Origin: Podarcis bocagei | Lineage: Eukaryota | Length of the DNA stretch: 64,000 nucleotides | Direction: 5' to 3' (one strand) | NCBI GenBank assembly: GCA_964188305.1 | Contig: OZ076887.1 | In this document: positions 1-12,439 of the stretch, in pieces | How positions within the stretch are numbered: position 1 is the stretch's first letter | Layout: the number at the start of each line of letters is the position of its first letter | Made by a program: the position numbers and the translations under genes | The notes under the pieces: model-generated | The model's input: the letters and a program-made list of their open reading frames with translations, nothing else | What the model was told of the DNA's origin: nothing | Database searches by the model: none

Positions 1-717
1 AGAGTAAGAGGTATTTTTTTAATTTAAAAATGTAGACAATTTAAGGGGCCATAGAAAGAGAAAAGAGGTAGAATCTTAGAAACGAATATGGAAGAGTAGA
101 AATGATTCAGAACTGGCAAGAAGAGAAGCGAACTGAAGCAGAAGGGGAAAATAGAAATGACTGAAAAGTAAAAGAGCATAATATGAAATTAACAATAGGA
201 TAAAAATGTGGGAAGACAAAAAAAAAACATATCTCAAAACACACACACACGCACACACTTAAAGATATGAGCTATTACAGGCATGTCTAAGCATTCATTA
301 ATGTGTCAAACTCCAGGTAAGGTAGGGTATATCTTTATTGAATCAAATGAATTAAAGTCACAGAAGTCTTTCCAAATTATTCAAAATAAAATAATTCACA
401 TTCACAGTTGGAAGCTCTGATAGTGGCCTGAGGTGTCAACACATAGGTTGTGTTAGTTTTGTGGAAGGGACTGAAGCTTTGGAATCAAGCAATTGTTTCA
501 CCGTGCTCTGACTTAATTTTTGAAGACCAGCCCTTTTCAGAGCAAAGCAACACAGTTCCCAGTTGATTGTTTCAATAGGTTGTGTGATAATTGCCTTTAA
601 TATCTAATAAAGTAATCATAGCATTTTTTATTCTTATCATGTTCCAGAATCTTTTATGACTAAAGTAGAATGCACAGAAATTCTCATGTGTTAAAAGAGC
701 TGGGTGGAATATAGATA

Positions 718-947
718 AAGGGTTGCCATATTTCAAAAAGTAAAATTCCTGAAACCCAAATTCTTGAGCTGTCTGGGGGAAACCTAACCAAAAAATAATA
801 ATTTTCATCTTTTTGAGCTGTTTCCGCTGCTTTTTCCATCTGGGTTCCCCCTGACATTTTGCTGATTCAGCAAAATTCACCCCGGCGCCATTTTTACACC
901 CGAAAATCAGGACACGTAAGCAATTTTCCTGATGTATGGCAAGCCTA
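718..947. mobile_element. Old non-autonomous hAT-like DNA transposon (MITE)
   Basis: Terminal inverted repeats AAGGGTTGCCATA ... TATGGCAAGCCTA; flanking 8-mers (TATAGATA/TGTATACA) match at only 5/8, so the TSD is degraded. Confidence 0.6.
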
Positions 948-1471
948 TGTATACACTTTCAGAAGCGTTTATTTTATTTTATTTTAAAAAGAGGAAGATA
1001 GAGAGGGGTCCTGCTCACCTGTTACTTTCCAAGGCAAAACCTGCTAAGAATGTTGTGTTGACCTCCCTCCGCATCACAGCAGAAAAGTAGGCTGAAAACC
1101 CCCATTTTTGAAAACCATCAAAAAAAACCCACCATCCCCAGAACACAATGTGGTTGCTAGGCATATTTGGGGGATAAACACATTTATGTATTTTTAATTT
1201 ACTACATTTACACAGCACTTTCTCTGAGGAGCTTAGGTTGGCATATGTAAAGGTTATTGATTTTCCCTCTCAGTTGCCATAAGATTTAAGTAAAGCTGAT
1301 ACAGCACGATCGTAACCTCAGCTTCGCAGCTGAATAGAGCTGAATGGAGGTCTTCCCCGTCTTAGTTGCTACTCTGTCCAGTATACCACTTGAGCTTGGT
1401 TCTTTTTAAATATTGGCCTGGTTCCCATGTCACGGTAACCCAAACTGTGGCTTACTGGAAAAAATAAAAAT

Positions 1472-1554
1472 AAAATCCTTCCAGTAGCACCTTAAAGACC
1501 AACTAAGTTAGTTCTTGGTATGAGCTTTCGTGTGCATGCACACTTCTTCAGATA
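1472..1554 (-). mobile_element. Penelope-like element 3' terminal fragment
   Basis: ~83 bp identical to the start of the 57.4 kb copy, which is linked to a GIY-YIG C-terminus; carries the hammerhead core. Confidence 0.85.
1518..1554 (-). ncRNA. Minimal type-I hammerhead ribozyme (stem I shortened by truncation)
   Basis: Minus strand reads TAT-CTGAAGA-A-GTGTGCATGCACAC-GAAAGCTC-ATAC. Confidence 0.7.
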
Positions 1555-1959
1555 TTCTTCGTATTCATTAACATCTTGGGCTACAGATTTTGTTTAAGGG
1601 GGAAGAGAACTTAATTGTGACTGTGGATTCAGATGAGACACTAAGCCTAATTCTGTTTTAGCTGCCACGCTGAGGTAAATGAACCAGAGAAGAGCAAAGC
1701 AGCTGCGATGTCCCTGGAAGTCAGTGCATGTAGAGCAAGCCATGGTTTGCCTTACGGTTATGTGTACTCATCTTCATTGTAAATTATGTGTTCTTGCATA
1801 GTTCACTCATTGTTTTCTCTCCACAAGGAAGGCAAGGAGCAAGAGAGCCTCTTAGCAGACTAAAAGTCTACTCCAGAAAGTGTAACAAGGCCCAGAAAAG
1901 TCATTTCTGCAGCACTGACCAACAGCATTTATTATTAGCAACACTTTTCTCTCACCATT

Positions 1960-2115
1960 CTTCCAAGAAGCTTCCATATTTTATCGAGCCAACAACACTG
2001 TGAGACAGAGAAATGGTGAGTGACCTGAAGTCACCTTCCATTTGGAGCAGGGATTTGAACTCAGGTCTTCTAAATCCTAATCTGATTCTCCAACCCCTAT
2101 GCCATGCTGACTCTC
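1960..2115 (-). mobile_element. Old tRNA-derived CORE-type SINE fragment
   Basis: CAACAACACTGTGAG ... GGGATTTGAACTCAGGTC (antisense B-box) resembles the younger SINE copies at 26 kb and 49 kb. Confidence 0.55.
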
Positions 2116-4341
2116 AGCTAAAATCCTCACAATGCAATTGGAGGATCAAAATATCTGGTTTTCACATATGGGAAGACCTTCCTCTTTCTCTATTTAAACA
2201 CTTTGTTGCTTCAGTCTTGAATGCTGACACAATGGCTTAGTTCAAAATGCCTTGTTTTGTTAGAAGTTGGCATTTATGTGGTCATCTGGAATCAATATAG
2301 CTAAATGCCTTTCCACAATTTAATAGCTGCCTAGTCCGTTGAATTAAAGTCCCGTTGTTAATGAGCATTTGCATTTTGTTCCCCATCCCAAACCCAATGC
2401 AAAAATAGTCCGTCAGAAACCCTTTCCTTCTGCCTGGTTACTAAACCATTATGTGGTCATTTATTTAATGCACATGAATTTACAGAGTCAATGCAGTCTG
2501 TTTTGTTTAGCCTTCATATCAAAAATGAACAGCACTAACAGTTACATGAAGCAAACAGCATGTGGTGAATACAGAGAGTAATTTTTTTTTCTGTGGACAA
2601 GTGGTCTTTTGTTGCTATGACACAGATCCTGAATTGGTTGTCTCTGCTTCCCAAGTATAGGCTATACTCAGCATTATATCAAGTGATACGCAAACAAACA
2701 AAATCCCTGCTGTGATCTAATTATTTGGAGTTTTCCTCTGCCAAAATGTGTTGCATATATTGATATCCTAACTTAAGCTTCTTTAAAATTATGTATTTTA
2801 AGACCATACATTTCAAAATTGCAAACATACCTCTCTAGGCTTGAACTGAAATGTTTTGTACTGTAAATATAAGGAACTGATTTACCGGCAATAAGGGGGA
2901 ATATTATAATTTGATAAAGGGTAAAGAAGTGATTATAGAAATGTGAAGAATATGGAAAGGTATGTGGAAGTCAGAAAGAGGGAGGGAAGGAGGTTGATGC
3001 TCTTAAAGAGTAAAATACTAAGTTATAGAATTATGTAACAAAATGTGAATATGACTTAAGTGGAAAATCCAATAATTTTTTTTTTTTCCAAAAAGGCCAT
3101 ACATTTTTGTAGCTCTAGAGGGGTGAAATCTCATCAGGATAGAACACGCTGTGTGCTATAGAGAATATAGTAAAAAGGGAGCAGAATTAAATGGATGCTG
3201 TGAGCATCTTTGTTACTGTACAGTTTGGAAAACTTGCCTAAATCCTAGTAGTCTGTCAGAATCAGTGCGTGACGAGTATATTTTTTTATTGAAAAGTGGA
3301 CTATAAATGTCCCAAATAAATAAATAATGCAGTAGTACTTAATTCCACCTTCTAAAAATGCTCTGTACTTATTAAAATGATTGAGCTCATTCCCCAAAAT
3401 AATGTCTTAGCCACTCAACCAGCGAAATTAATTTTAGGAAAGAGAGTTACGGCCTTTTCTCATTACTGCCCTATATATTGTGTGGGCTACAGAGAACTGG
3501 TTGTAATTTCTTCCTCTTCAAAGCCCATTTTGATTTCCTTTGCTCCTATAAGCTGAGAACAGCAAAAGGTATAATTGGGTCACTAATTAAATGTCAGGCA
3601 TAGACTGTCTGGTGAAATTGGAAGTTAACCAGTTGTAAGATCATTTGTGACAGGGTAACAGTTAAGGCTGCAGGATGCCAGGCAGCTAGTCTGGTTTAAA
3701 AGAACATGCCATTTGCTGTCTATGAAATATACCACCACCCTTATTTCCAGGATTATTTTGAGGATGGCAGCAAAGATCCGTCATATTTTGCCTACCTGCA
3801 GAAGTCTGTTTTATAATCACTTTAGAAACCTCTGTTGCCCTAACAAACACCTGCAATTAAACCTCTGCCAATACCTTGAAAAATCATTAGTATTTTCAAA
3901 AAAGCAAAATGAAGGCAATATCTGAGACTCGGTTTGTGTATGTGGGTCCTGTTGCCACTATGTAGCACGTATCTGGTCTTGAGCTATCTCTCATTTCAAA
4001 AGAAACCCTTTTGGGGGGTTTCTAGATTGCTTTTATACTCTTTCCCCTTTTAAAAAGTCGAATGCGCCTGCGTTGGACTTGCTTGGCCGTTGCCTGCTTA
4101 CGTATATGTTGAATTTGATAGCACAGTGGCCATTGTTTCCAGTTGGTTCAACAGCACTTAAAGTTTCACAGTGCAAAGGCATCGTGGTTTTACATAAACA
4201 AATGTTCTGTGGTGCAATAGTTTGCACGACCCTTGCGCGATTTTTCATGGAAGCGAAAGTATGCAGTGAGAAAGTTAGAGCTGCAGTGCCTGCCAAAATA
4301 CTGCTAGGCACAATTCAGGTTCCTACTTTTAGCATTTAGAG

Positions 4342-4599
4342 CATGGGTAGGCAAACTATGGCCCGGGGGCCGGATCCAGCCCAATCGCCTTCTAAATCTG
4401 ACCCACGGACGGTCTGGGAATCAGCGTGTTTTTACGTGAGTAGAATGTGTCCTTTTATTTAAAATGCATCTCTGAGTTATTTGTGGGGCATAGGAATTTG
4501 TCCATTACCCCCCTCCCAAAAAAAATATATAGTCCGGCCCCCCACAAGGTCTGAGGGACAGTGGACCAGCCCCCTGCTGAAAAAGTTTGCTGACCCCTG
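4342..4599 (+). mobile_element. hAT (Charlie-like) MITE, family A
   Basis: TIRs CATGGGTAGGCAAAC / GTTTGCTGACCCCTG; perfect 8-bp TSD ATTTAGAG (4334-4341, 4600-4607). Confidence 0.92.
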
Positions 4600-5019
4600 A
4601 TTTAGAGCCCTGAACAATTTGGGACTGAGACCATATGCCTGCTCCACAACTGTACTCCTCAGGGTACTGCTGAGAATTCCATATGACCCAGAAGTGCAAT
4701 TAGCCGGTAATTGACTTTTAGTGTTACAGCTCCAGCCCTCTGGAATCAGTCATCAGCCAAAATCAGACAGGCACCTAGCGTGGTTATATTTTGGTGTCTA
4801 CAGAAGACATTTTTTGTTTAGGAAAGCTTTTCCTGAGGTGCAGACACAGGTAATGGAGCAAGAGCTTCCACAGCCGTTGCCCCCAATGAACCACCATGGG
4901 CAAACAGGTTCTATGCTTCTGATAATATTTTATTCTCTTGCTAATTGTGCTGTTTTAAAGGTGCATTGTATACGTGACTTCCTTCGGTAGTGTTTTCTTT
5001 TGAAATGTTTAAGGTAATT

Positions 5020-5051
<32 letters not shown>

Positions 5052-5052
5052 A
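5020..5052. repeat. (TTG)n microsatellite
   Basis: Read directly from the sequence. Confidence 0.95.
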
Positions 5053-5280
5053 GCTTTGCTGTGTTAAATCTGCATTCTGTGGTTGACCTCCTTTGCAATG
5101 TTTTATTCTGAAATCTTTAAGATAATATTTTCGTTTCCTATTAGTTATGCTGCTTTGAATGTATACTTGTTATTTGACTTTCTTCCGTAATGCTTTATTC
5201 TGGATTTTGTTTTATTTTATTTTTTAATGTGTTGTAAGTCACTTTGAGATTTTTTCTTAAAAATATAAAGTGGCGATGAA

Positions 5281-5314
5281 AATAATAATAGTAGCAGTAG
5301 CAGTAGCAGTAGCA

Positions 5315-5359
<45 letters not shown>
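5281..5359. repeat. Compound (AGCAGT)n(AAT)n microsatellite, probably an old LINE tail
   Basis: Read directly; preceded by a T-rich LINE-3'UTR-like tract. Confidence 0.85.
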
Positions 5360-6358
5360 GGATCACTATGTGAACTATTGTGCAAGCATTAGCAGAACAG
5401 AACTAGTAGATATTTTGCTTCCAGCCATGGTTCTTTGCATCAAGCTCATAGGAATAGTAGAGATTTCTGTTGCTTCTTTTCCTCTGAACAGAGCAAACTG
5501 GAATCCTCTGAACCTTGATTAAAAGTTTCACCTGGAGAGAACTACATTATTATCATTTTAAATGCATCTAGATAGTGGCGGAGAATATGCTATTTATGTG
5601 ATCAGTGGAACACTCTGTATAATATTGCAAAATGAATATTTTAACACAAATATACTTGCCCAGTGTAATAATACATCATAATAATCATAAACACGGTCCC
5701 TTTATTTGATGGATTCTTTACAGCATGCATCCTGTTTAACTCTCTAAATATTTTATTGTGAATATTTTACTATTTAAATATTTTAAATATTAAGTGTGCC
5801 TTAAATTACAGAGCAGCGTATTCTCTCTTTTTTAAAAAAAGGATGGTGAAATAAATAAAAGATGATATAATTTATTCAGTCGCCTCATATCACGTTTCCG
5901 ACATTATCCCTTTCATTCTTTGTTCCCTGTTTACCAACAGCATTCACACAACTATTTCAATGTAGATTATCCCATGAATCTCTTTTCCCATACTTCTCAA
6001 AGTTCAGTCATCAGAGAAAAGAATTAAAAGCAGTATCTAAGCAAGATAAGTTTTGGTCTGAAATGTCTGTTCCCCTTGTGCTCCATATTACGCCCACATG
6101 TTTCAGTCGCATTGCCCAAAGCCTTTGCCAAACATTCAAATCCTGTTGCCCGAACTCAACAATGCAAAGCAAATTATATCTCTCTGATCAACTTATTTTG
6201 GCACAGCTGAACATCTCATCCTCTCTAAAGCCTCTTGATAGGTGCCATTTCCCTCTTCACCTTGCAGGACCTCTTGCACCTTGCTTACTGTGAGATTTGT
6301 GAGGGTCACATACATTTGAAAGCATGCATTACTTGTAGGAAAATACAATAGTTCAACT

Positions 6359-6884
6359 CATAGCTGTCAACCGTCCCTTATTTGGTGGGAAAGTCCCTTA
6401 TCCTAGTGCCGTGTCCCGCTGCTGTCCCTTATTGATGATGTCCCTTAAATTTCCCGGGTTTCAAAGGAAGCAGCTCCTCTCCCTCCCTCCTTCCCTGCCG
6501 GCCAGGGAGGAGGGAGGCTCCAACTGTGTTGCTTGGCTGCGTTGCTCCCCCAATAAGGAGTCTAAGAACGACTGGGGGGTGGAGCTTGCATGCCTTGTGC
6601 TGAACAAATCGGCCGCGTTGCCTGGGGACTCACCTTTGCTCAGCGCTGCCCAGCAGAGAGGTGACGGTGGTTTTCCTTGCTGCATCCCCTTTGCCGGGTT
6701 GCTGCACTGTGGGAACCACCGCTTGAGGCTTTGTTTGGCTGCTGGCTGGGCTTTCTGCCATTGGCTCAGAGAGGCTCAGTAGTTGAACATACCTGCGCTC
6801 CGAAAATCCCTTATTTTGGCTGCTGATCCCTTATTTTCAAGGCTGCTGGTCCCTTATTTTCAAATCTGTAAGTTGACAGCTATG
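6359..6884. mobile_element. Non-autonomous hAT element with GC-rich interior
   Basis: 13-bp TIR CATAGCTGTCAAC / GTTGACAGCTATG; perfect 8-bp TSD GTTCAACT; seven subterminal TCCCTTA repeats. Confidence 0.93.
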
Positions 6885-7610
6885 GTTCAACTTCAGACAT
6901 TGCCTTGTTGTTTCTTCTGTGTAGTGAAGACTAGGCAAATGTTCAACTGGTCATGGGGTAGTGATGCAGTCTTGCAGTCTGTGCTTGCCCCATGTTCTTC
7001 AAAAGACACATTTGAGTGTACAGGCGAAGCAAAACTCACTCAGACTTCCAGAGCAGGTATCACAGAGCATTCTTTGAGACTGATGAAATCTGCAGCTTCT
7101 TGATCAGCTCAAGTAAGGTCAGTTTTATTTTTTTCTGTAACACAACCCCAGGATATTAATTTCCCTCTCATTAGTTTGCTCTTTGTGTTCAGTTCATTTG
7201 TATTATCCTCATTTGATCAAGCCAAAGTCTGTTTCATTTTTCTCTCGTAATATTAAGGCTGCTAAAAAGACATTCCTGCATAGCTGATTGATATATTAAC
7301 AGGAGGAAAATGAATGTATTTTTTTTTAAAATGTCACAAATAAGAGTTCTTCACACAAACAGAATGTACAGTATTCAATGCCATAAGAAGGTGCAAAAAA
7401 ATATAATTTTGTTATTTTGTTTTCAGTCAATTGCTTTATCAAATGTTTGAACATTTGTTGTTCATTCAGTATTCTTTAAAAGCCCTTAAGTCCATTTTCT
7501 TTGGAATTTCCCATTAACACGTGTTTGGCAAATAATATGGGACCAATTTTATGTGACTGGATATGTGACTGAATCCCATAGGAGGGGTTTTGGACAGGTA
7601 ACAGCAGATG

Positions 7611-7730
7611 TAGGGCTTTTTTCAGCCAGAACTCGCCAGAACTCAGTTCTGACACCATTGCTATTCTAGGAGAACAAGAGAGGCGTTCATGGCGAGTTCC
7701 AGCACCTCTTTCCCTAGAAAAATAGCACTG
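7611..7730. mobile_element. 120-bp hAT MITE
   Basis: TIRs TAGGGCTTTTTT / AAAAATAGCACTG; perfect 8-bp TSD AGCAGATG (7603-7610, 7731-7738). Confidence 0.88.
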
Positions 7731-8507
7731 AGCAGATGTCTAATTTTTACATGGTATCTATCATAGAGAAGAACACGTTAATAAACTAGCCAATATCTAG
7801 ATATGCTTTGCTTGTAGATGATGAAATTAATGTACTTATTACATAGATAATTTCATAATCTCTGGATCGATACAATATTTTAACCTTCATTTAATTGCAA
7901 CTATCAGCCATCAGCAATGTTTCATCAGGGTCCACTCCACCAGCTCTGCTGAGTGGCCATCAATAAATAAAATTGTGGCCATTATATGTCCACACACAAG
8001 CAGAACAGACTTCTGTTTACACAAGTAGACCTCAGCTTCCTCTCCCCTGCCTGTAACTCCCCGTCCTTTACAATCTGCTTTGGGAGACAATTATGAGTAC
8101 ATGAAATTAATAGCTTCTGAGTCATTTCTTAAATACTGGGAGGGATTGAAGAGATAAAATCTCAACTGAGAGAACATTGCATGAATTAAAAAGCAATCAA
8201 AGAAGCCCTGGAATGCAGCTGGTTCACACATACCATGCCATGGGCATTCCAGATGTGCATCTCTGGAGTGAGCCATGGTTTCTCAATGCCATGTGTGGTT
8301 TGGAAGATACTCCATGCTGCTACTCGTGGACTCAGAAGGTCCACATGCAGCTGACATTCCCAGCTCCTTCTTCTCCTGGAGATAAGACTTGGTGAACTGA
8401 AGAGCCTCGGAAAAGATTGAAGAGACCTATACACAAGTAATAAGCTCATACAATAAGGCCACTTCAGTGGGCACACAGTTACAATGATGGACTAGATTTC
8501 ATTTAGG

Positions 8508-8514
8508 GTGTGTG

Positions 8515-8562
<48 letters not shown>
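8508..8562. repeat. (GT)n microsatellite
   Basis: Read directly. Confidence 0.95.
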
Positions 8563-8564
<2 letters not shown>

Positions 8565-9801
8565 CAACTCCCCTTTCTTCCCATATGACTAATCTAATGG
8601 AAAAAAACAGTTAAACATTTTATGGAACAAATTGTATTATTTTCAAGCTTAGCCACCATCTGAAGAAGTTAGTGGAAATTAATCTTAAAGATTAAAGCAT
8701 AGCAAATGTGTGTTTATTATACCCTAAAAGACAAATTATCAGTATTTCCCAGAGAGTTTATAATTCAGATGAACAGTACACATTTTTGTGAGTCTTCTCC
8801 TGCTCTCTTTACTAGTTTTAGCAGCACAGAGAACGTACTTATTCTAGATTTAGTGTTTGTTACATGAAGCCTGTAGTTTAGAGTCAGGAACTGTCGTGTT
8901 TCAATTTTACTGACAATATATGCCACTGATTTTGCCTTAGCTTATACATTTATGTTAATGAATTCCTCTTATACTGGCAGACAAGTCCACTTAGGAACAA
9001 AGTTTGTTTTATCATGGATTGTTGTCATAATGAGAGATTTACTGCCAGCCATTTGTCTTTAAAATTGCTCACCTGAAACAGACAAATGCCTTCTTGCCAT
9101 GTGGAGGCCTTTTTATTTTGTGCGCATTATCAGCAAGGAGAATGGATTACAAGACTTGTTTATGCAAAGGCTCGTGGTCAAAAATTGAAGCATTTTTGTG
9201 TGAATACATGAAACATTGCAATGATATGTTTTTGTGAAATGTCACCAGAAAAGGAGATAGTAAAAATATAGACTTCCAGAAGGCTTTTTAAAGTGAAGGA
9301 TAGCCCATTACTAAAGATGTATTTTGACAGCTGCCTATCTTCTGATTTTGAATAAAACATTTGCTCATTTTTAATGTTTTTTTCAACACAGTTTATATAT
9401 ATATATATATATAATACAATACCGTACCTATGTCTTTAAAATGATAGTGGTTTGGGGGAAAGATGCATTAATCTTCCCTTTCACCTGTAAAATGTGAATA
9501 GAGATCAGCTTCCTGAAGCCAGTTAAATTGTCAGCTTTAAAGTTGACATGGTAAGGGATTCATGTTCAGATATTCTAGATGCAAGCTGCCCGGGATTTAG
9601 AGAGCCACCCAATTAGTTCCCCGTGCTTTGGGTGGGCTAGTGTACCTCAAACACCACATCCCATTTGTTGTATAATAAGCCTCCTTTGAATTCTGGGTCA
9701 GTTTGTGTGGGTTTTTTAATACCAAATGAAGGTTTGCAGTTAAGAACACAGAGAAGAGCCCCTTCTGGGTCAGATCAAAGACCCCATTTAGCCCAACATC
9801 C

Positions 9802-10607
9802 TGTTGTGATTCGAGGACCTGTCCCCCCGCTTGGGAATAATAAAGACACGTGGACACAGATTATTAGGTTAATGGGCTAGAAAAAGGCCACAACTTTATT
9901 GATTACAGCATGTGAGAGGTATTGGCCTAGGCATTGGACAACAGCAAATCTTGACTCCACCCACTCGGAGAGGGGTGAGTCTAACGAGGGTTAACCACCA
10001 GTAGGGGGAGCCTGTTGATGCAAATACAACTATAAGCTCTCCCCTGATGTCACCGGGGGTCGTGCCATGGCCCCCAGCCACGCAGGGCATCGGACAGGAT
10101 CCATGACCACCGAATTCCTTTAACGGAATGCCCATAAGTGAAGGGGTAGGCAATGGCCACACCCTGCCCTTCCATACACCAACAACACATTCCAATGCCT
10201 AACCGCCAATACCGAGAAAGTTGTGACGATTGCTATGAGGTAGGCGAAAAAACCAAGAGGCCGGTACCAGTTTGCCAATTGGGAAAAAATTCCTACCAAG
10301 CCCCCTGGGCAACCAAGGCGACCAACCGTGGGTTCATAGCAAGGTCAAGCGAGAAGTGATGCACTAAAGGGAGTGGTCGGTGGGTGACTCGCAGAAATCC
10401 GGCAGCGCAATGGAGGGGAGAGCTGCTGCGGCCGCATTTGAGCGGCTAAACCACGCCCTCGAGCTTCCCCCTGATTGGAAGCCAATCCGGGGGGCGTAGC
10501 ACGTCAGCGACAATGGGAAGCAGAGGCCGGAACGCTCCCTGCGCAGCACGGGAACCGGTTCCCAATCACAACCCCTTCCCTCTGAGAGGAGAGGCTTTCT
10601 CACAGCA
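9802..10607 (-). mobile_element. LTR-like element (probable solo LTR), copy 1
   Basis: Inverted-orientation homologue of 20649-21450; TG...CA termini (TGCTGTGA / TCACAACA on minus strand); AATAAA ~95 bp before the 3' end; no clear TSD. Confidence 0.75.
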
Positions 10608-10853
10608 GCCAACTAGATGCCAATGGGGAGGAAAACATGTACCACCTGAGTGCAACAGCACTCTTATTAAAAAGTGGAGTGGGGAGCAAAAAGCCATGAG
10701 ATGGGAACCTGCAGCCTAACGGCTACATTCAGCCTCTAGCCTGTTTCCATGTGGGTGGCAAGGATGGGAAAATGGGAGGAAAGGGGTGAAAGAAAGAAAA
10801 GAGGTGGCAGAAAGAGAGAAAAAACAGGTGCCTTGTCCAGTTTTGGCTTGGAC

Positions 10854-11321
10854 CCGGGGTAGGCAACCTAAGGCCCATGGGCCGAATGTGGCCCAATCGC
10901 CTTCTAAGTCCAGCCTGCGGATGGTCCGGGAATCAGCATGTTTTTACAAAAGTAGAATGTGTGCTTTTATTTAAAATGCATCTCTGGGTTATCTGTGGGG
11001 CCTGCCAGGTGTTTTTACACGAGTAGAATGTGTGCTTTTATTTAAAATGCATCTCTGGGTTATTTGTGGGGCCTGCCTGGTATTTTTACATGAGTGGAAT
11101 GTGTCCTTTTATTTAAAATGCATCTCTGGGTTATTTGTGGGGCCTGCCTGGTATTTTTACATGAGTAGAATGTGCTTTTATTTAAAATGTGTCTCTGGGT
11201 TATTTGTGGGGCATAGGAAGTCATTCATTCCCCCACCCCACCCCAAAAATATAATCCGACCCACCACATGGTCTGAGGGATGGTGGACCGGCCCACAGCT
11301 GTAAAAGGTTGCTGACCCCTG
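10854..11321 (+). mobile_element. hAT MITE, family A, with internal 71-bp tandem array
   Basis: Same termini as 4342-4599; 8-bp TSD GCTTGGAC; repeat units start at 10941, 11012, 11083 and 11154. Confidence 0.92.
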
Positions 11322-11383
11322 GCTTGGACCCTTCCTCCCTTTTGTCCCAGTTCCACTGGCTCCATCTCCTGCCTGCTGACAAC

Positions 11384-11533
11384 CAGTGGCGGACTTTAGG
11401 CTCTCAAATTTCAGTGGCACCGTTTGATGCTAAAATTCGGTGCCTCCCACCTCTCTTGTGCTCCATTCTACAGCATTTTTGGGGCACCCCCTGCAGTGCG
11501 TGACCCAGTTTCACTACCCTAAAACCACCTCTG
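11384..11533 (+). mobile_element. hAT (Tip100-like, CAGTGGCGG terminus) MITE, family B
   Basis: Termini CAGTGGCGG / CCACCTCTG; perfect 8-bp TSD CTGACAAC. Confidence 0.85.
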
Positions 11534-12229
11534 CTGACAACATGTGGCCCCTGACAGATTACCCCCAAGGGACTGTCACCCCATGGCACAGAGAAAGTTC
11601 CTAACTCCTGCTTTAGGCAGTCACAAGCTTTTTGACCATACCTCTTTGGATCTGGGCCAATGGATTTCACATCTTTCAAAGGCTGACTCTGTTTGTCAGA
11701 AATCTGCTCTTTCGTTTTTGACTCAAAAGATGCTTTCCTGACAAAGCTCTTTGTTGATGAAACAGGCTAGAATGCAGCCTTACACCTTTGATCATACAGA
11801 GTGCCATGGAACAAGTGGTCTTCTCCCTTTGGTCAGACTGCAGAATCCTTAAACAAAAGGGTCGCAAAAGCAAGGTAATAAAAGCATCTTGCCAGGATGA
11901 ATCATGATGCTTTCTGTGGCAAAATTGCTCATCCCTCCTAGTGGTCCTAATGTATCATTATCACAACAGGACAAAGAACAGGATCTCAGCAGGTTTACTT
12001 ATTGAATTTTGGTTTTCCCTGCCCTTGGGTCAATTATTCACTTATACCAAATCAGTCTTCTGACCTCAGGCTGTAATCCTGCTCCGCGTTTTGCCATTGA
12101 GGAGCAGGATATGCCTTAACTCTTCCTCAGATGAAAGATGTTAATAAATTTACTTGGAATATTATGTTGTGTGGACATTAGCGATACCAGCTCATAAAGA
12201 CCCCTTTAATTGATTAAGAACAACACCAT

Positions 12230-12435
12230 TGACCTTTTAGCATGGCGGCAGCTCCTGTCCTTTGGAACTCACTGCCTATTGATATTAGGCAAGCACCCTC
12301 ACTATGCTGTTTTGAAGGAAAACTTATTTTTTCAGCAAGCCAGCCGAGACATGTCATTTTTTTCTGGGTTTTTCTGGGTTTCATTGATTATTATTTTTTA
12401 TGTATAATGCTTAGTGTTCTGAGTAAGTGGTCTAC
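12230..12435 (+). mobile_element. Older L2 LINE 3' fragment
   Basis: Translates AAPVLWNSLPIDIRQAPSL, a typical L2 ORF2 C-terminus, followed by a T-rich 3'UTR. Confidence 0.7.
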
Positions 12436-12439
12436 TTAT

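Noticed and set aside
1-230. Purine-rich stretch, possibly an old L1-like remnant (similar at ~2865-3090)
   Set aside because: Too degraded to assign without a database search.
9802-10607. Retrozyme (hammerhead-containing LTR)
   Set aside because: Found CTGATGTC rather than CTGANGA, and no complete hammerhead core on either strand.
10941-11213. CRISPR-like repeat array
   Set aside because: Head-to-tail units without unique spacers, inside a eukaryotic MITE.
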